Positions 23,757 to 34,505 of a stretch of 64,000 nucleotides of DNA are shown one piece after another. The notes under the pieces are model-generated. The model saw nothing but the letters and a program-made list of their open reading frames with translations. It was not told where the DNA came from and did no database searches. The DNA comes from an uncultured Methanosarcinales archaeon (lineage in GTDB: Archaea > Halobacteriota > Methanosarcinia > Methanotrichales > Methanotrichaceae). Made by a program: the position numbers and the translations under genes. The stretch covers positions 1 to 64,000 of the forward strand of contig CAWJKV010000012.1 of the NCBI GenBank assembly GCA_963843555.1, given 5' to 3'. Each line of letters begins with the position of its first letter. Position 1 is the first letter of the stretch.

Positions 23757-24392
23757 GTGGTGGTCTGCAAGAAGATGTTTCAAAGAGATTTGCAGATAGC
23801 AGATCTGCAGGTTGCCCTGGAGAGAGCGAAAGCCCTTTCCGTGGAGGCATTGTCCACCCAGATTCGCGAAATCGGCTTTAAGTGCCTGGGCTGTGGCGAA
23901 TGCTGCTCTGGCGAAGATAACAGCGTGGTCGTCTTTCCCTTCGAGGTGAGACGCATTCTTGCGGCCACGGGTCTCGGGTGGCTGGAGGTCGCAGGGCCGC
24001 CAGATGTGGGCGAGTGGGATAAGGATGGCTGTTTTCACACCCTGGAGTGGCGTCTGAAAAAAGTGAGCCAATCCTGCCGGTTTTTTGAAAATGGCAGCTG
24101 TAACATCTATCCAACCCGACCCGGTCTTTGCAGCACCTATCCCTTTTATTTGGACGAAGGAGTACTGCAGTGCTCCATGTGCAGCGGCATTGGCGGCTGT
24201 ATAGAGCCATCAGAAGCAAAAGAACTGGCCGAGCGGGTCATCCGGCGCTATGTCTTTGAACTACTGGAAGCCATTGCTCTAACGGAAAAATATGAGGATT
24301 TTGAGCGAGGCGAATCCAATGAAGGCGGGGACTACCTCGTTCACGATAGCGAAGGAGAGCACCGAATCTATGGAGTTGAAAGGCATTATTGA
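23757..24392 (+). CDS. YkgJ/UPF0153 family cysteine-cluster protein
   Basis: FKCLGCGECC and CRFF..CNIYPTRPGLCSTYPF motifs. Confidence 0.88.
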   Translation: MVVCKKMFQRDLQIADLQVALERAKALSVEALSTQIREIGFKCLGCGECCSGEDNSVVVFPFEVRRILAATGLGWLEVAGPPDVGEWDKDGCFHTLEWRLKKVSQSCRFFENGSCNIYPTRPGLCSTYPFYLDEGVLQCSMCSGIGGCIEPSEAKELAERVIRRYVFELLEAIALTEKYEDFERGESNEGGDYLVHDSEGEHRIYGVERHY

Positions 24393-25562
24393 ACTGCGCT
24401 CTTCACCTCATCCACGATCTTGTCGATGAGGCTCTTCTCCTTCTCCGTCTGCTTGCTTCTTCTTCTCGCCAAACTCTGCAGCCAGAGCCTCAAGGAGCTG
24501 CTTTTGCCGCCACGTCAGGGATGATGGTGTCTTGATTTTGACTTTCACATGCAGATCGCCCGAGCCAAGCCCTGCAGCCTGGGCATGCCCTTTCCCCTCA
24601 GCCGGAAGACGGTTCCCGTCTGCGTTCCTGCCGGCACCTTTATCTTGGCCCGTGCCGCCCAGGGTCGGGACCTCCAGCTCGGCGCCCAGAGCCGCCTGGG
24701 TGAAGCTGATGGGCGTCTCCATAAAGCAGGTCGCTGTCCACGCGCTGGAACATGGGGTGAGGCAGGACGTTTATGACCACGTAAAGGTCTCCGCTCTCCG
24801 CCTCCCGGCCCGGCGGCATCTCCCTGGCCGCGCAGCTTGAGGTGCTGGCCGTCCTCCACGCCCGGCGGGATCTTGATGTTGATCTTGCGGTTCTTTCGCA
24901 CCCTTCCCGAGCCGGCGCAATCACCGCAGGGAGCTGACGATGATCTGCCCTCGGCCGCCGCACTTGGGGCAGGCCGAAGAGGTGACCATCTGTCCGAAGG
25001 GAGTGTTCTGGGCGCTGGTAATCTGGCCCGTGCCCCGGCAGTTGCTGCAGGTGGTGGGGCTGGTGCCGGGCTTGGCCCCGCTGCCATGGCAGGTGGTGCA
25101 GCTCTCCGTACGCGGCACCTCAATGGTCGACTCCAGACCCGTGGCCGCCTGCTCTAGAGTAAGTTGGACATCGTAGCGCAGATCCCGACCCCGGGCGGGC
25201 CCTCGGCTGCGGCCACCGCCCCCGAAGAACATATCAAAGATGCTCTCGCCGCCACCTCTTCCTCCGCCCCCTCCAAAGCCCCTCAGCAGATCCTCGAAGT
25301 TCACTCCGCGGAACAGGTCCTCTTGCGAGTACTGGCTATTGATTCCGGCATGGCCGAACTGGTCGTACTTCTGCCGCTTTTCCGGATCGGAGAGGACTGC
25401 ATAGGCCTCGGATAGCTCCTTGAACTTCTCCTCAGCATCGGGCTCTTCCGATCTGTCGGGATGATACTTCATGGCGAGCTTGCGGTAAGCTCCCTTGAGG
25501 TCCTTCTCGCTCGAATCCTTGGGTACTCCCAAGACCTCGTAGTAGTCCTTCTTCTCCGGCAT
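24386..25562 (-). CDS. dnaJ: Chaperone DnaJ, multiple indels
   Basis: J-domain with HPD, G/F region, CxxCxGxG repeats, IPPGVEDG and ISFTQAALG. Confidence 0.96.
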
Positions 25563-25589
25563 TTTATTCAGTTCCTTTGCTTCGGGCCT

Positions 25590-27460
25590 TTACTTCTTAT
25601 CGTTTACTACCTCGTAGTCGGCATCCACGGTCTGATCCGACTGCCCCTGCGACGAGGCTGCTCTGACCCTGCGCCCTGGCCCTGCTGGCCCTGCTGTGCC
25701 TGCTTGCTCCTGATGCCGCCTTCTGGTACATGGCAGCCGACAGCTCGTAGATGGAGCTTTGCAGGCTTTCGGTCTTGGCCTTGATCTCGGAGATCTCGCC
25801 TCCCGTCTGGGCATTCTTCAGGTCGGCAATGGCCTTCTCGATCTTCTCCTTCTGCTCGGCCGTGGCCACATCGCCTGCCTCTTTGAGCATCTTCTCCGAG
25901 GCGTAGACCAGAGAGTCAGCCGCATTCTTGACCTCGATCTCTTCCTTTCTCTTCAGGTCGTCGGCCGCGAAACGCTCTGCGTCTTTGATCTTGGCATCGA
26001 TATCATCCTTGCTCAGTTTGTGAGGTGCAGTGATGGTTATCCTCTGCTCCTTCTTGGTGGCCAGATCCTTGGCTGAGACATGAATGATGCCGTTGGCGTC
26101 AATGTCGAAGGTGACCTCGATCTGAGGAATGCCGCGAGGCGCAGGGCGGAATGCCCACCAATGTGAACCTTCCCAAAGAGACATTGTCTTTGGCCAGGGG
26201 CCTTTCGCCCTGCAGCACATTGACCTCAACACTGGTCTGGTTGTCGCCGGCCGTGGTGAATATCTGGCTCTTTCGAGTGGGAATGGTGGTATTCCTCTCA
26301 ATCAGCTTGGTGGTGACAGCGCCCAAAGTCTCAATGCCCAGTGAGAGAGGTGTTACGTCCAATAGCAGCAGATCCTTGACCTCGCCGCCCAAAACGCCTG
26401 CCTGAATGGCTGCCCCCATAGCCACGCATTCCATTGGGTCTACACCGCGCTCAATTTCCTTGCCCATGAAGCTCTTTACGAACTCCTGCACAACAGGCAT
26501 CCTGGTGGGACCGCCTACTAATATGATCTTGCCGATGTCCGATTTCTCCAGCTTGGAGTCTCTCAGAGTCTGAGACATGGGACCGCGGCAACGCTCAATG
26601 ACATCCTGGATGAGCTCATCGAGCTTGGATCGGTCCAGCGTCATGCTCAGATGCTTGGGGCCGCTGGCGTCCGCCGTGATGTAGGGCAGATTGAGGTTGG
26701 TCTGCATCACGCTGGAGAGCTCTATCTTGGCCACTTCTACCGCTTCCCGCAGGCGCTGCATGGCCATGGAGTCGCCCTCCAGGTCGATGCCCGACTCCTG
26801 CTTGAACTTCCCCAGGACAAAGTTGGTCAGCCGTTCATCCATGTCCCTGCCGCCCAGTTGTGTATCACCGGAGGTGGACCTGACCTCGAAGACGCCCTCG
26901 CCTATCTCCATGATGGTGACGTCCAGTGTGCCGCCGCCCAGATCAAAGACCATGATCTTGTGCTCGCCCACCTTATCCAGGCCAAAGGCCAGAGCCGCAG
27001 CCGTGGGCTCATTGATGATGCGAACGACCTCCAGGCCGGCGATGGTTCCTGCATCCTTGGTCGCCTGCCTCTGATTGTCATTGAAGTAGGCAGGAACGGT
27101 TATTACGGCTTTATCCACGGTGTCGGCCAGGTATGTCTCTGCATCCGTCTTGATCTTGCGCAGGATCTGGGCGGATACATCCTCAGGGCTGTACTCCTTT
27201 CCATAAACCTTGACTTTGTAGTCCGTGCCCATCTTGCGTTTGATGCCCGTGATGGTGCCTTCCGGATTGGTGACTGACTGTCTCTTGGCAGGCTCGCCAA
27301 CCAGAACCTGGCCCTCTTTGGTGAAGGCCACGTAGGATGGAAATGCCTTGCCGCCGATGCTTGTCCCTTCTGCGCTGGGAATTATGGTGGGTCGGCCACC
27401 GATTAGAACTGCAGCCGCCGAGTTGCTGGTTCCAAGGTCAATGCCGATAATTTTTGACAA
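25590..27460 (-). CDS. dnaK: Chaperone DnaK (Hsp70), indels in the 3' half
   Basis: [38 protein letters not shown] and C-terminal VDADYEVV. Confidence 0.97.
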
Positions 27461-27487
27461 GATCTCATCTCCTGAAATTGAAAGTTA

Positions 27488-27509
27488 TCACAACTTGTGA
27501 ATATTTAAG
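27488..27509 (-). promoter_or_regulatory. dnaK TATA box with adjacent palindrome
   Basis: Minus-strand TTAAATA at 27502-27508, followed by TCACAA-N-TTGTGA at 27488-27500. Confidence 0.4.
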
Positions 27510-27520
27510 CATATCATCAT

Positions 27521-28016
27521 TCATCTTTTCGCCACTGCAACCTTTGAGAAGCGAATGACATGATTGTTAAAGAGGTAGCCTTTCTGTATCTCTTCTGCCA
27601 CGATGCCTTCTTCCAGCTCTTCCGTCTGACCTGAAAGAGAGCCTCATGTCGATAGGGATCAAACCTCACGCCTTTTGCCTCTATGGGCATGAGCCCCTCC
27701 CCCGACAGTATATCGAGCAGCTGCATGTAGAGCACCTTACTGCCTTCGTCGTGCTTTGCCGCTACATCCAGGCTGTCGAGCACGGGAAGAAGCTTTGAGA
27801 CGAGCTTCTCAGAGGCGTATTTCACATTGTCTTCCTTCTCGCGGGCCGATCTTTTCATAACGTTGTCCAGATCCGCCCGACAGTGCATCAAGAGGTCGAG
27901 CCGCTCCTCTGCCAGGCTCTGGGCTGAGGAGAGCTGCAACATCAGCTCCTCGACATTCACGCCTGGTAGCCTCCTGTTTCGTCTTCAGATTTTGCATCTG
28001 TATCCGCATCCGCCAT
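27521..28016 (-). CDS. grpE: Nucleotide exchange factor GrpE, indels
   Basis: RADLDNVMKR, LLPVLDSLD, FDPYRHEAL; located directly upstream of dnaK. Confidence 0.92.
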
Positions 28017-28090
28017 AAGCTCCACCCAAAGTTTGTTCTTATAGAAAGAATTGGGCCGGCTTTGCCGGCGCCTTTCAGTTCCTTGTTCCT

Positions 28091-29731
28091 TTAGTAGTGA
28101 GGCATCTGCATCGGAGGCCTGGTGTAGTCATGCGGGCTTTGGCCGGGCTTGGGTGCCATCTCTTCTCTCTTGGCAGCAATGACATCATCCACCCGCAAAA
28201 CCATGGTGGCAGCTTCGGTTGCGGATTTGATGGCCTGGGTTTTTACCTTTAACGGCTCTACAACGCCCTCGGCCAGCATATCTGCGGGCTCTCCCGTGAT
28301 TATAGTTCAGCCCGAAGTTCTTCATGCCCTGACCGCTCTTGGCTCTCAGAGCCGCTAAGCTGTCCACTGGATCGAAACCAGAGTTCTCAGCCAGGGTCAG
28401 GGGAATGGACTCCACAGCATCGGCAAAGGCCCGAACGGCCAATTGCTCTCGCCCTTCCAGGGTGGATGCATACTGTCTCAGATTCTCGGCCACAACGATC
28501 TCTGGAGCGCCTCCGCCGGGCACAATCTTTCCGGAGCGAATGACGTCCATTACCACATTGAGGCATCATCCAGGGCTCGTTCCATCTCTTCTAAGAACTG
28601 CTCCGAGACGCCGTGCAGGATGATGGATACGGCCTTGGCCTTCTCGCAGCCCTCCACGAAGATCATGTGCTTGTCTTTGCCGATCTTGCGCTCTTCCACA
28701 AGAGCCGCCGATCCCAGATCCTTGGAAGTGACGACCATCACGTCGCCCACCAGCCTTGCCCCCGTGGCCAATGCCAGCATCTTCAGATCTTCTCTCTTAA
28801 CCCGGCGAACAGCTAAAATTCCCAGCCTTGCCAGATAGTTTTGAGCAGTAACGCCGATGCCCTTCTCGCAGAAGACAACATTGGCTCCGGCTGCGACAAT
28901 GGCATCAACCTGAGACTTGATAACCAACTCCTCGCCCTCTTTGAAGCTGGCGAGATTCTTGGCATCAGTAATAGTGACCTTGGCATCCGTATCCAGCTTC
29001 TTCAGCTCGAGAGTGCCTTCCAGGAGCATAATCTTGGCCATTTCTATGCGCTTTGGCATCTCCAGGGATGTTCTCTCTTTCTCGATTACTATGCCGTAGT
29101 TTATGACCGAGTCCTCGATTCTGCCGCCCGGGATCAGGACGATCTTGACATTCTCTTCAATGTCCTTGCCCTCAAAACCGGCCACGGCTCGTGCTGCATC
29201 CACGGAGATTTTTGCCAGCGTATCCATGGCGATCTCTATGCCCTTTCCTCGCATGGCTGTCTGGGCAATCTTCAAAAGCACGCTCTCGTCGCCTGAGACG
29301 TCTATGGCCATCTCGGAAAGCACTTTTTGCGCCCTGGCTGCAGCTTGCTTATATCCCTGCACGATGACTGTGGGGTGGACATCCTGATCCAGTAGCGCTT
29401 CGGCCTTTTCCAGCAGCTTGCCGGCGATTATCACCGCGGTGGTGGTGCCGTCTCCAATCTCATCGTCCTGGGCTTTTGCCACCTCGACAATCATCTTGGC
29501 CACTGGGTGCTCAATATCCATCTCTCTGAGAATGGTGGCTCCGTCATTGGTGATGGTTGCCTCTTCGCCAGCGATGAGCATCTTGTCCATCCCTTTGGGT
29601 CCAAGGGTGGTCCGAACAGCCTCTGCGACCGCCTTTGCAGCCATGATGTTCCTGCGCTGCGCTTCTTTACCAGTCTCTCGTTTGCTTCCTTCTTTCAATA
29701 TAATTATCGGTACGCCGCTCAAACCTGCCAA
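28091..29731 (-). CDS. Thermosome (group II chaperonin) subunit, indels near 28555 and 28300
   Basis: [32 protein letters not shown] and VVEPLKVK motifs. Confidence 0.96.
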
Positions 29732-29827
29732 ACCTATAGTCCTCCCCGACTTTTTTCATACTACCAGTTTGAAGTTCTATATAAAAGATTCGCATGATTT
29801 TGGACCGCATTTGTATGCATCCAGCAT

Positions 29828-29858
29828 ATATATAGTCTATATAGGAAGATCTATATAG
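29828..29858. promoter_or_regulatory. Repeated TATATAG/CTATATAG boxes upstream of pstB
   Basis: ATATATAG 29828-35, CTATATAG 29837-44 and CTATATAG 29851-58. Confidence 0.35.
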
Positions 29859-29936
29859 TCATCTCTGCGGAAATCAAGCACAATTAGAACAAATGGCGCA
29901 ATTCAATAGCGAAATGACAATTAAAAGGGATCTGCG

Positions 29937-30683
29937 GTGACATCGAAGATCATCTCAAATAATCTAAATCTCTGGTATGGAGAAAAGCAAGCTCTCAAGG
30001 ATATAAGCCTGGAAATTCCTGAGAAAAAAATTACTGCGCTCATTGGCCCTTCGGGCTGCGGCAAGTCAACTTTTATCCGCTGTCTGAACCGGATGAACGA
30101 TCTCGTGGCCAAGATTCGCATTGAGGGCCAGGTCCTCTATGACGATATCGATATTTATGGAAAAGATGTCGATGTCGTGGAACTGCGTAAGAGGATCGGC
30201 ATGGTATTTCAAAAGCCTAACCCCTTCCCCATGTCCATTTACGACAACATTGCCTATGGCCCCAGAATTCACGGGCAGAAAAATGTCGATAAAATTGTAG
30301 AGCGCAGTCTAAAGGATGCCGCCCTCTGGGAGGAGGTCAGCGAGAGGCTGGACCAGCCGGCCTTGGGCCTATCCGGCGGCCAGCAGCAGAGGCTGTGCAT
30401 CGCCAGGACTCTGGCCATGAAGCCGGATGTTATCTTATTTGATGAACCATGCAGCGCACTCGATCCCATCTCCACCGGCAAGATCGAGAGCCTCATGGAG
30501 ATCCTAAAGGACAACTATACCCAGGTGATTGTGACCCATAACATGCAGCAAGCGGCCAGGATATCCGACTGCACCGCCTTCTTCTTGCTCGGCGAGCTGA
30601 TCGAGGTGGGAGAGACAAAACGCATCTTTGAGATGCCGAAGATAAAGAGCACTGAAGATTATATCACAGGAAGGTTTGGCTAA
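29937..30683 (+). CDS. pstB: Phosphate ABC transporter ATPase
   Basis: [27 protein letters not shown] and C-terminal YITGRFG. Confidence 0.97.
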   Translation: MTSKIISNNLNLWYGEKQALKDISLEIPEKKITALIGPSGCGKSTFIRCLNRMNDLVAKIRIEGQVLYDDIDIYGKDVDVVELRKRIGMVFQKPNPFPMSIYDNIAYGPRIHGQKNVDKIVERSLKDAALWEEVSERLDQPALGLSGGQQQRLCIARTLAMKPDVILFDEPCSALDPISTGKIESLMEILKDNYTQVIVTHNMQQAARISDCTAFFLLGELIEVGETKRIFEMPKIKSTEDYITGRFG

Positions 30684-30709
30684 TAGCTGAGGTGTTGAGG
30701 GGAGGTAAG

Positions 30710-31370
30710 ATGAGCCCGTATCGTGAGCGGTATCACAGAGATCTGAAGGAGCTAAAAAATCTTACAAAAGATCTGGCGGATCGGGTTGGAGGAGCTATAG
30801 ATAAATCTGTTTTAGCCTTGACGTGATGCAAATGTGGATCTGGCCAGAGAGGTCATCAAACAGGATCAAGAAATGGATGATTTGAGCCTGAAGATAGAGA
30901 ATTTATGCATGGAGCTCCTGGCTTTGCAGCAACCGATGGCCAAGGATCTGAGACGCATTATCGGCATCCTGAAGATTTGCATCGATCTGGAGAGGATCGG
31001 CGACTTGGCCGTAGATGTGGCCAGAGTTACCACACAATCGCAAAATAAGATTCAGATAACAAAGCTGGAGTATATTCCTCGCATGGCAGAGATCAGCAAA
31101 AAGATGCTCGAACAGTCCATGGAAGCTCTCATGAATAGCGACGCGGATTTGGCCAGACAGGTCACCAAATGGGATTATGAGATCGATGGGCTTTACGTCA
31201 AAGCCAGAACCAAGCTCCTGAAAATAATTATTGAAAGACCTGAAGTGATCAACGAAGGAACGGCTCTGCTCATGGTGAACCGGCATCTGGAAAGGACCGG
31301 CGATCATATCTGCAATATTTGTGAGACCATCGTCTATATGGTGGAAGCAAAGAGAGAACATCTCAATTAG
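30710..31370 (+). CDS. phoU: Phosphate signalling protein PhoU (1-nt insertion near 30823)
   Basis: GGAGG RBS and ATG at 30710. QQPMAKDLR, DLERIGDLA and HLERTGDH motifs. Confidence 0.92.
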
Positions 31371-31378
31371 GATTGCTT

Positions 31379-32380
31379 ATGGACACAAGAAAGGTACAGA
31401 GAACCGGCAAGTCGACCTTTATCGTCTCCCTTCCCAAAAGCTGGGCGACAAAGAACGGCATTTCTGCCGGTTCGATAATTTACATCAACCAGGGGGATAA
31501 TGGATCTCTCACATTATCCACGGATCGCTCCGAGCGCGACCTGCGAGTGCGCCTCGATATTGGCGACAAAATGGGAGAGCATCTGGTAAGGGATATCATT
31601 GGATGCTACGTGGGTGGCTATAGAACGATTGAAGTGACGTCCGGGCACATGTCCTCTCTGCAGAAGAAGGACCTGCACCAGATCGTCAACAAGCTCATCG
31701 GCCCCGAGATCCTGGAAGAGACCATAAACAAGGTTGTCATTCAGGATCTGTTAAGCTCCGAGGAGCTTCAGTCCGAGCGGGCGCTAAAAAGGATCAGAAC
31801 CGTGGTGAAATCCATGATCACCGATTCGCTCAACAGCCTTTTAAATAATAATGAGGAGCTGGCGATTGATGTGATCCAGAGGGACAATGACGTGGACCGG
31901 CTCAACCTTCTTATCTCCCGCCAGTTCACAGAGATCCTGAGATCGGGCTCTGTGAGGCAAGAGACTCTCAATCCCATTACGGCTTTCAATTATATGCAGG
32001 CGGCATCCAACCTGGAGCGCATAGCGGACCACGCCCATCGCATTGCCGAGATCGCCAGCCAGCGAAGCTACAACCTGCCCGAGGATTTGAAAGAGGAGCT
32101 TTCCCGCATGGATTCATTGCTGTGCGGCCTGCTTGACGACTCTATATCCTATTTGCTGCAGACCAACTCCAACAAGGCCAATGAGCTTATCGACAGGATC
32201 AGAGAGGTTCAGAAGCATGCGGAGGGGATAGCCAAATCATCCGACAGCAAAGACAAATCGGAGATGCTGGTTAGGCTGGTCCTGGCGAGCAGTCTGGAGC
32301 GTATGCTTGACTACATCATGAACATAGGCGAATTGACCATAAACCTCAGCCATGCCACCCGCCCGGCTGAGAAGGTATGA
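31379..32380 (+). CDS. Archaeal phosphate uptake regulator: AbrB/MazE-type DNA-binding domain plus PhoU domains
   Basis: MDTRKVQRTGKSTFIVSLPKSW N-terminus, DVDRL and LERIADHA motifs. Confidence 0.9.
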   Translation: MDTRKVQRTGKSTFIVSLPKSWATKNGISAGSIIYINQGDNGSLTLSTDRSERDLRVRLDIGDKMGEHLVRDIIGCYVGGYRTIEVTSGHMSSLQKKDLHQIVNKLIGPEILEETINKVVIQDLLSSEELQSERALKRIRTVVKSMITDSLNSLLNNNEELAIDVIQRDNDVDRLNLLISRQFTEILRSGSVRQETLNPITAFNYMQAASNLERIADHAHRIAEIASQRSYNLPEDLKEELSRMDSLLCGLLDDSISYLLQTNSNKANELIDRIREVQKHAEGIAKSSDSKDKSEMLVRLVLASSLERMLDYIMNIGELTINLSHATRPAEKV

Positions 32381-32489
32381 TGCCTTAAGCTATGATGACT
32401 CCTTTCCTCATTCTTTCCAATGGCAATGAGAACAGAAGGTCTCTCTGGCGCGCCACTTGAATATATCAGTTGCAACAAAATAGTTAGTC

Positions 32490-33041
32490 ATGAGCGATGA
32501 TATAATTAGTGAAAAGGCCATCGAAATTCTCAATCCCGGCCGGCTCTATTTTGCCATCAAAGCCATGAGAAGATCGCCAGTCAGGATATCGTTCGACATG
32601 GGCGACTTGAATATATCATCGGGAGCCGTCTCATCACTTGTGAGCATAGAAGGCAAATTGCCGGAAGAGGTGCGCAACATGGAATGGCTGGTGTCACTGG
32701 AGGATCTGAAGATCGTGGAGGATTTGATCCCGCCGGATACATATTATTGGGAGAACCGGGCACTGGTGCTGGAGTGGCAGTGCGACCTGATTGTCAGCAG
32801 CACCATCGATGAAATAAGCCCTCTGGAGTCGCTCGACCAGGAAGAAGAATACAAAGATCAGCTCTTGATCACTAATAAAGAGTATCGTGAACTGCAGATG
32901 GCATTGGATGACTGCAATTCCCATATACCGCAAGTCCTCTTTTCGATTTATCCCGACCGGCTGAATTTTGCTGTCAATTGCTCAGAGCTTGATGAAATTG
33001 TAGGAACAATGATCCAACTTAAGAGCCAGAAAGAGGAGTGA
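32490..33041 (+). CDS. Hypothetical acidic protein
   Basis: 183-aa ORF with normal composition; no motif recognised with certainty. Confidence 0.7.
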   Translation: MSDDIISEKAIEILNPGRLYFAIKAMRRSPVRISFDMGDLNISSGAVSSLVSIEGKLPEEVRNMEWLVSLEDLKIVEDLIPPDTYYWENRALVLEWQCDLIVSSTIDEISPLESLDQEEEYKDQLLITNKEYRELQMALDDCNSHIPQVLFSIYPDRLNFAVNCSELDEIVGTMIQLKSQKEE

Positions 33042-33043
33042 CA

Positions 33044-33077
33044 AAAAAGGGTTGTGCTGCCATCGAGTGCAGCACAC
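33044..33077 (-). terminator. Hairpin plus T-run downstream of the LTD gene
   Basis: GTGCTGC/GCAGCAC stem next to an A-run (T-run on the minus strand). Confidence 0.4.
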
Positions 33078-33101
33078 TCGTCAAGTTCTAAGTTTCCTGA
33101 T

Positions 33102-33845
33102 CTAGTACTGGATTCGGCTTTCCAGAGGAGGGACCGAATATACAATTGGCGCCGGTGGAGAGGAGATATCATAACTGGATATGACATTTCCCGTTGCATC
33201 CTGCAGAGCTACAATGTTATCGATCCAGAGGGGTGCTGTGTTATTGGTGTAAATGTCGGTGGCTGTACCGATGCCGTTGCCCTCATGCACTTTAATTGAC
33301 AGGCCGTCACCCAGCGAGATCGCCGGGAAGGTGTAGGTTGTATTTCCTGCCGAGACCAGCTTCCATCCCGTGATATCCCAGTCGCCCACTGCCTGATTTG
33401 TTATCTGGACATACTTGTCATCCAGCGTATTTACCTTGGTGATGCTGACCTTTACGGCAGGAGCGGGAACGCCCGCATCACGGCTGAATACCAAATTTGT
33501 GTCAGCTGTCTCTGTCACATCCGAGTATCCGCCGGTGAGGTTCTTACCCAGGACTGCGGATGTTCCTTTGGTATAGTTGGAGAGCTGCGTGAATCTTGAC
33601 GCCGTCTCTTGAGGCGCGGCGATAGGTTCCGCCTCAGTAGCATTTTGTGGAGCGGCAACGCTAGCGGTCTCGGTAACCATCACAGGGACCTCAACGATAG
33701 TGGCGTTTGTGGTGTTCGTAACATTCAAAGCTTCGCTAGTAGCGTTTGTGGCGTTAGTGGCATTGATGGCATCCTGTGACAGGACCTGCCCCGCCGAGAA
33801 AGTCACTAATATCGCTAATAGTATCAACATAGTTGTACTTCTCAT
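33102..33845 (-). CDS. Secreted lamin-tail-domain (LTD) protein
   Basis: Signal peptide, Thr/Asn-rich linker, YVQITN..DITGWKL..TYTFP. Confidence 0.8.
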   Translation of the reverse strand: MRSTTMLILLAILVTFSAGQVLSQDAINATNATNATSEALNVTNTTNATIVEVPVMVTETASVAAPQNATEAEPIAAPQETASRFTQLSNYTKGTSAVLGKNLTGGYSDVTETADTNLVFSRDAGVPAPAVKVSITKVNTLDDKYVQITNQAVGDWDITGWKLVSAGNTTYTFPAISLGDGLSIKVHEGNGIGTATDIYTNNTAPLWIDNIVALQDATGNVISSYDISSPPAPIVYSVPPLESRIQY

Positions 33846-34038
33846 ATGTGTACCTCAATCAAAATGTGTTCGCAGAAAAATATAAGCCTTTCTAAAAATT
33901 GCTTTGTATTCATCAATTATGCTAATGGAATTTATAAATGCTCATTGTTTTCGGAGAATAAATGACAGGCAGGAGAAGACCGGCCTATCGCGTTCCGCCC
34001 CGAAAGGACGGTTTTCAGAGCTCCTGCCAGATGTATCA

Positions 34039-34281
34039 CTAAGCTACGACAGTCTCATTCGTACTGATTGTTACGTTCTCAGTCGCGTTGATGGTAACAT
34101 TTCCAGTAGCGTTGATGGTCGCATTCCCAGTGGCGTTGATGGTTATGTTCCCGGTAGCGTTGACGGATGCGTTCTCGCTGGCGTTCACATTTTCAGCAGC
34201 CATCTCCTCACCGAAGACGACTCCCAAAGAGAGCGCCATCAGGAGAGCGAATAGCACGGATCCACTTGATATTTTGCTCAT
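34039..34281 (-). CDS. Small secreted protein made of N-glycosylation sequon repeats
   Basis: Hydrophobic signal followed by an xNx[ST] tetrapeptide repeat; 24-bp DNA periodicity. Confidence 0.75.
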   Translation of the reverse strand: MSKISSGSVLFALLMALSLGVVFGEEMAAENVNASENASVNATGNITINATGNATINATGNVTINATENVTISTNETVVA

Positions 34282-34505
34282 AATTTACACTCCATTTACT
34301 TTATGCTGCGTATTAGGACGCGGATCTGAATTTAAACTTTTCTCCAGCAGGAATCCATATATTTTATATTGCAATGAGGATTTGTCAATTGGGAATGTAC
34401 TTTCCCTAAATAGAAAATGGATTTACACAAAATCATGGTAGATATCATTTTCATCATTTAGGAACAAGCAGGAAATATTTGTTGACGGGAATGGAGATCT
34501 CTAAT

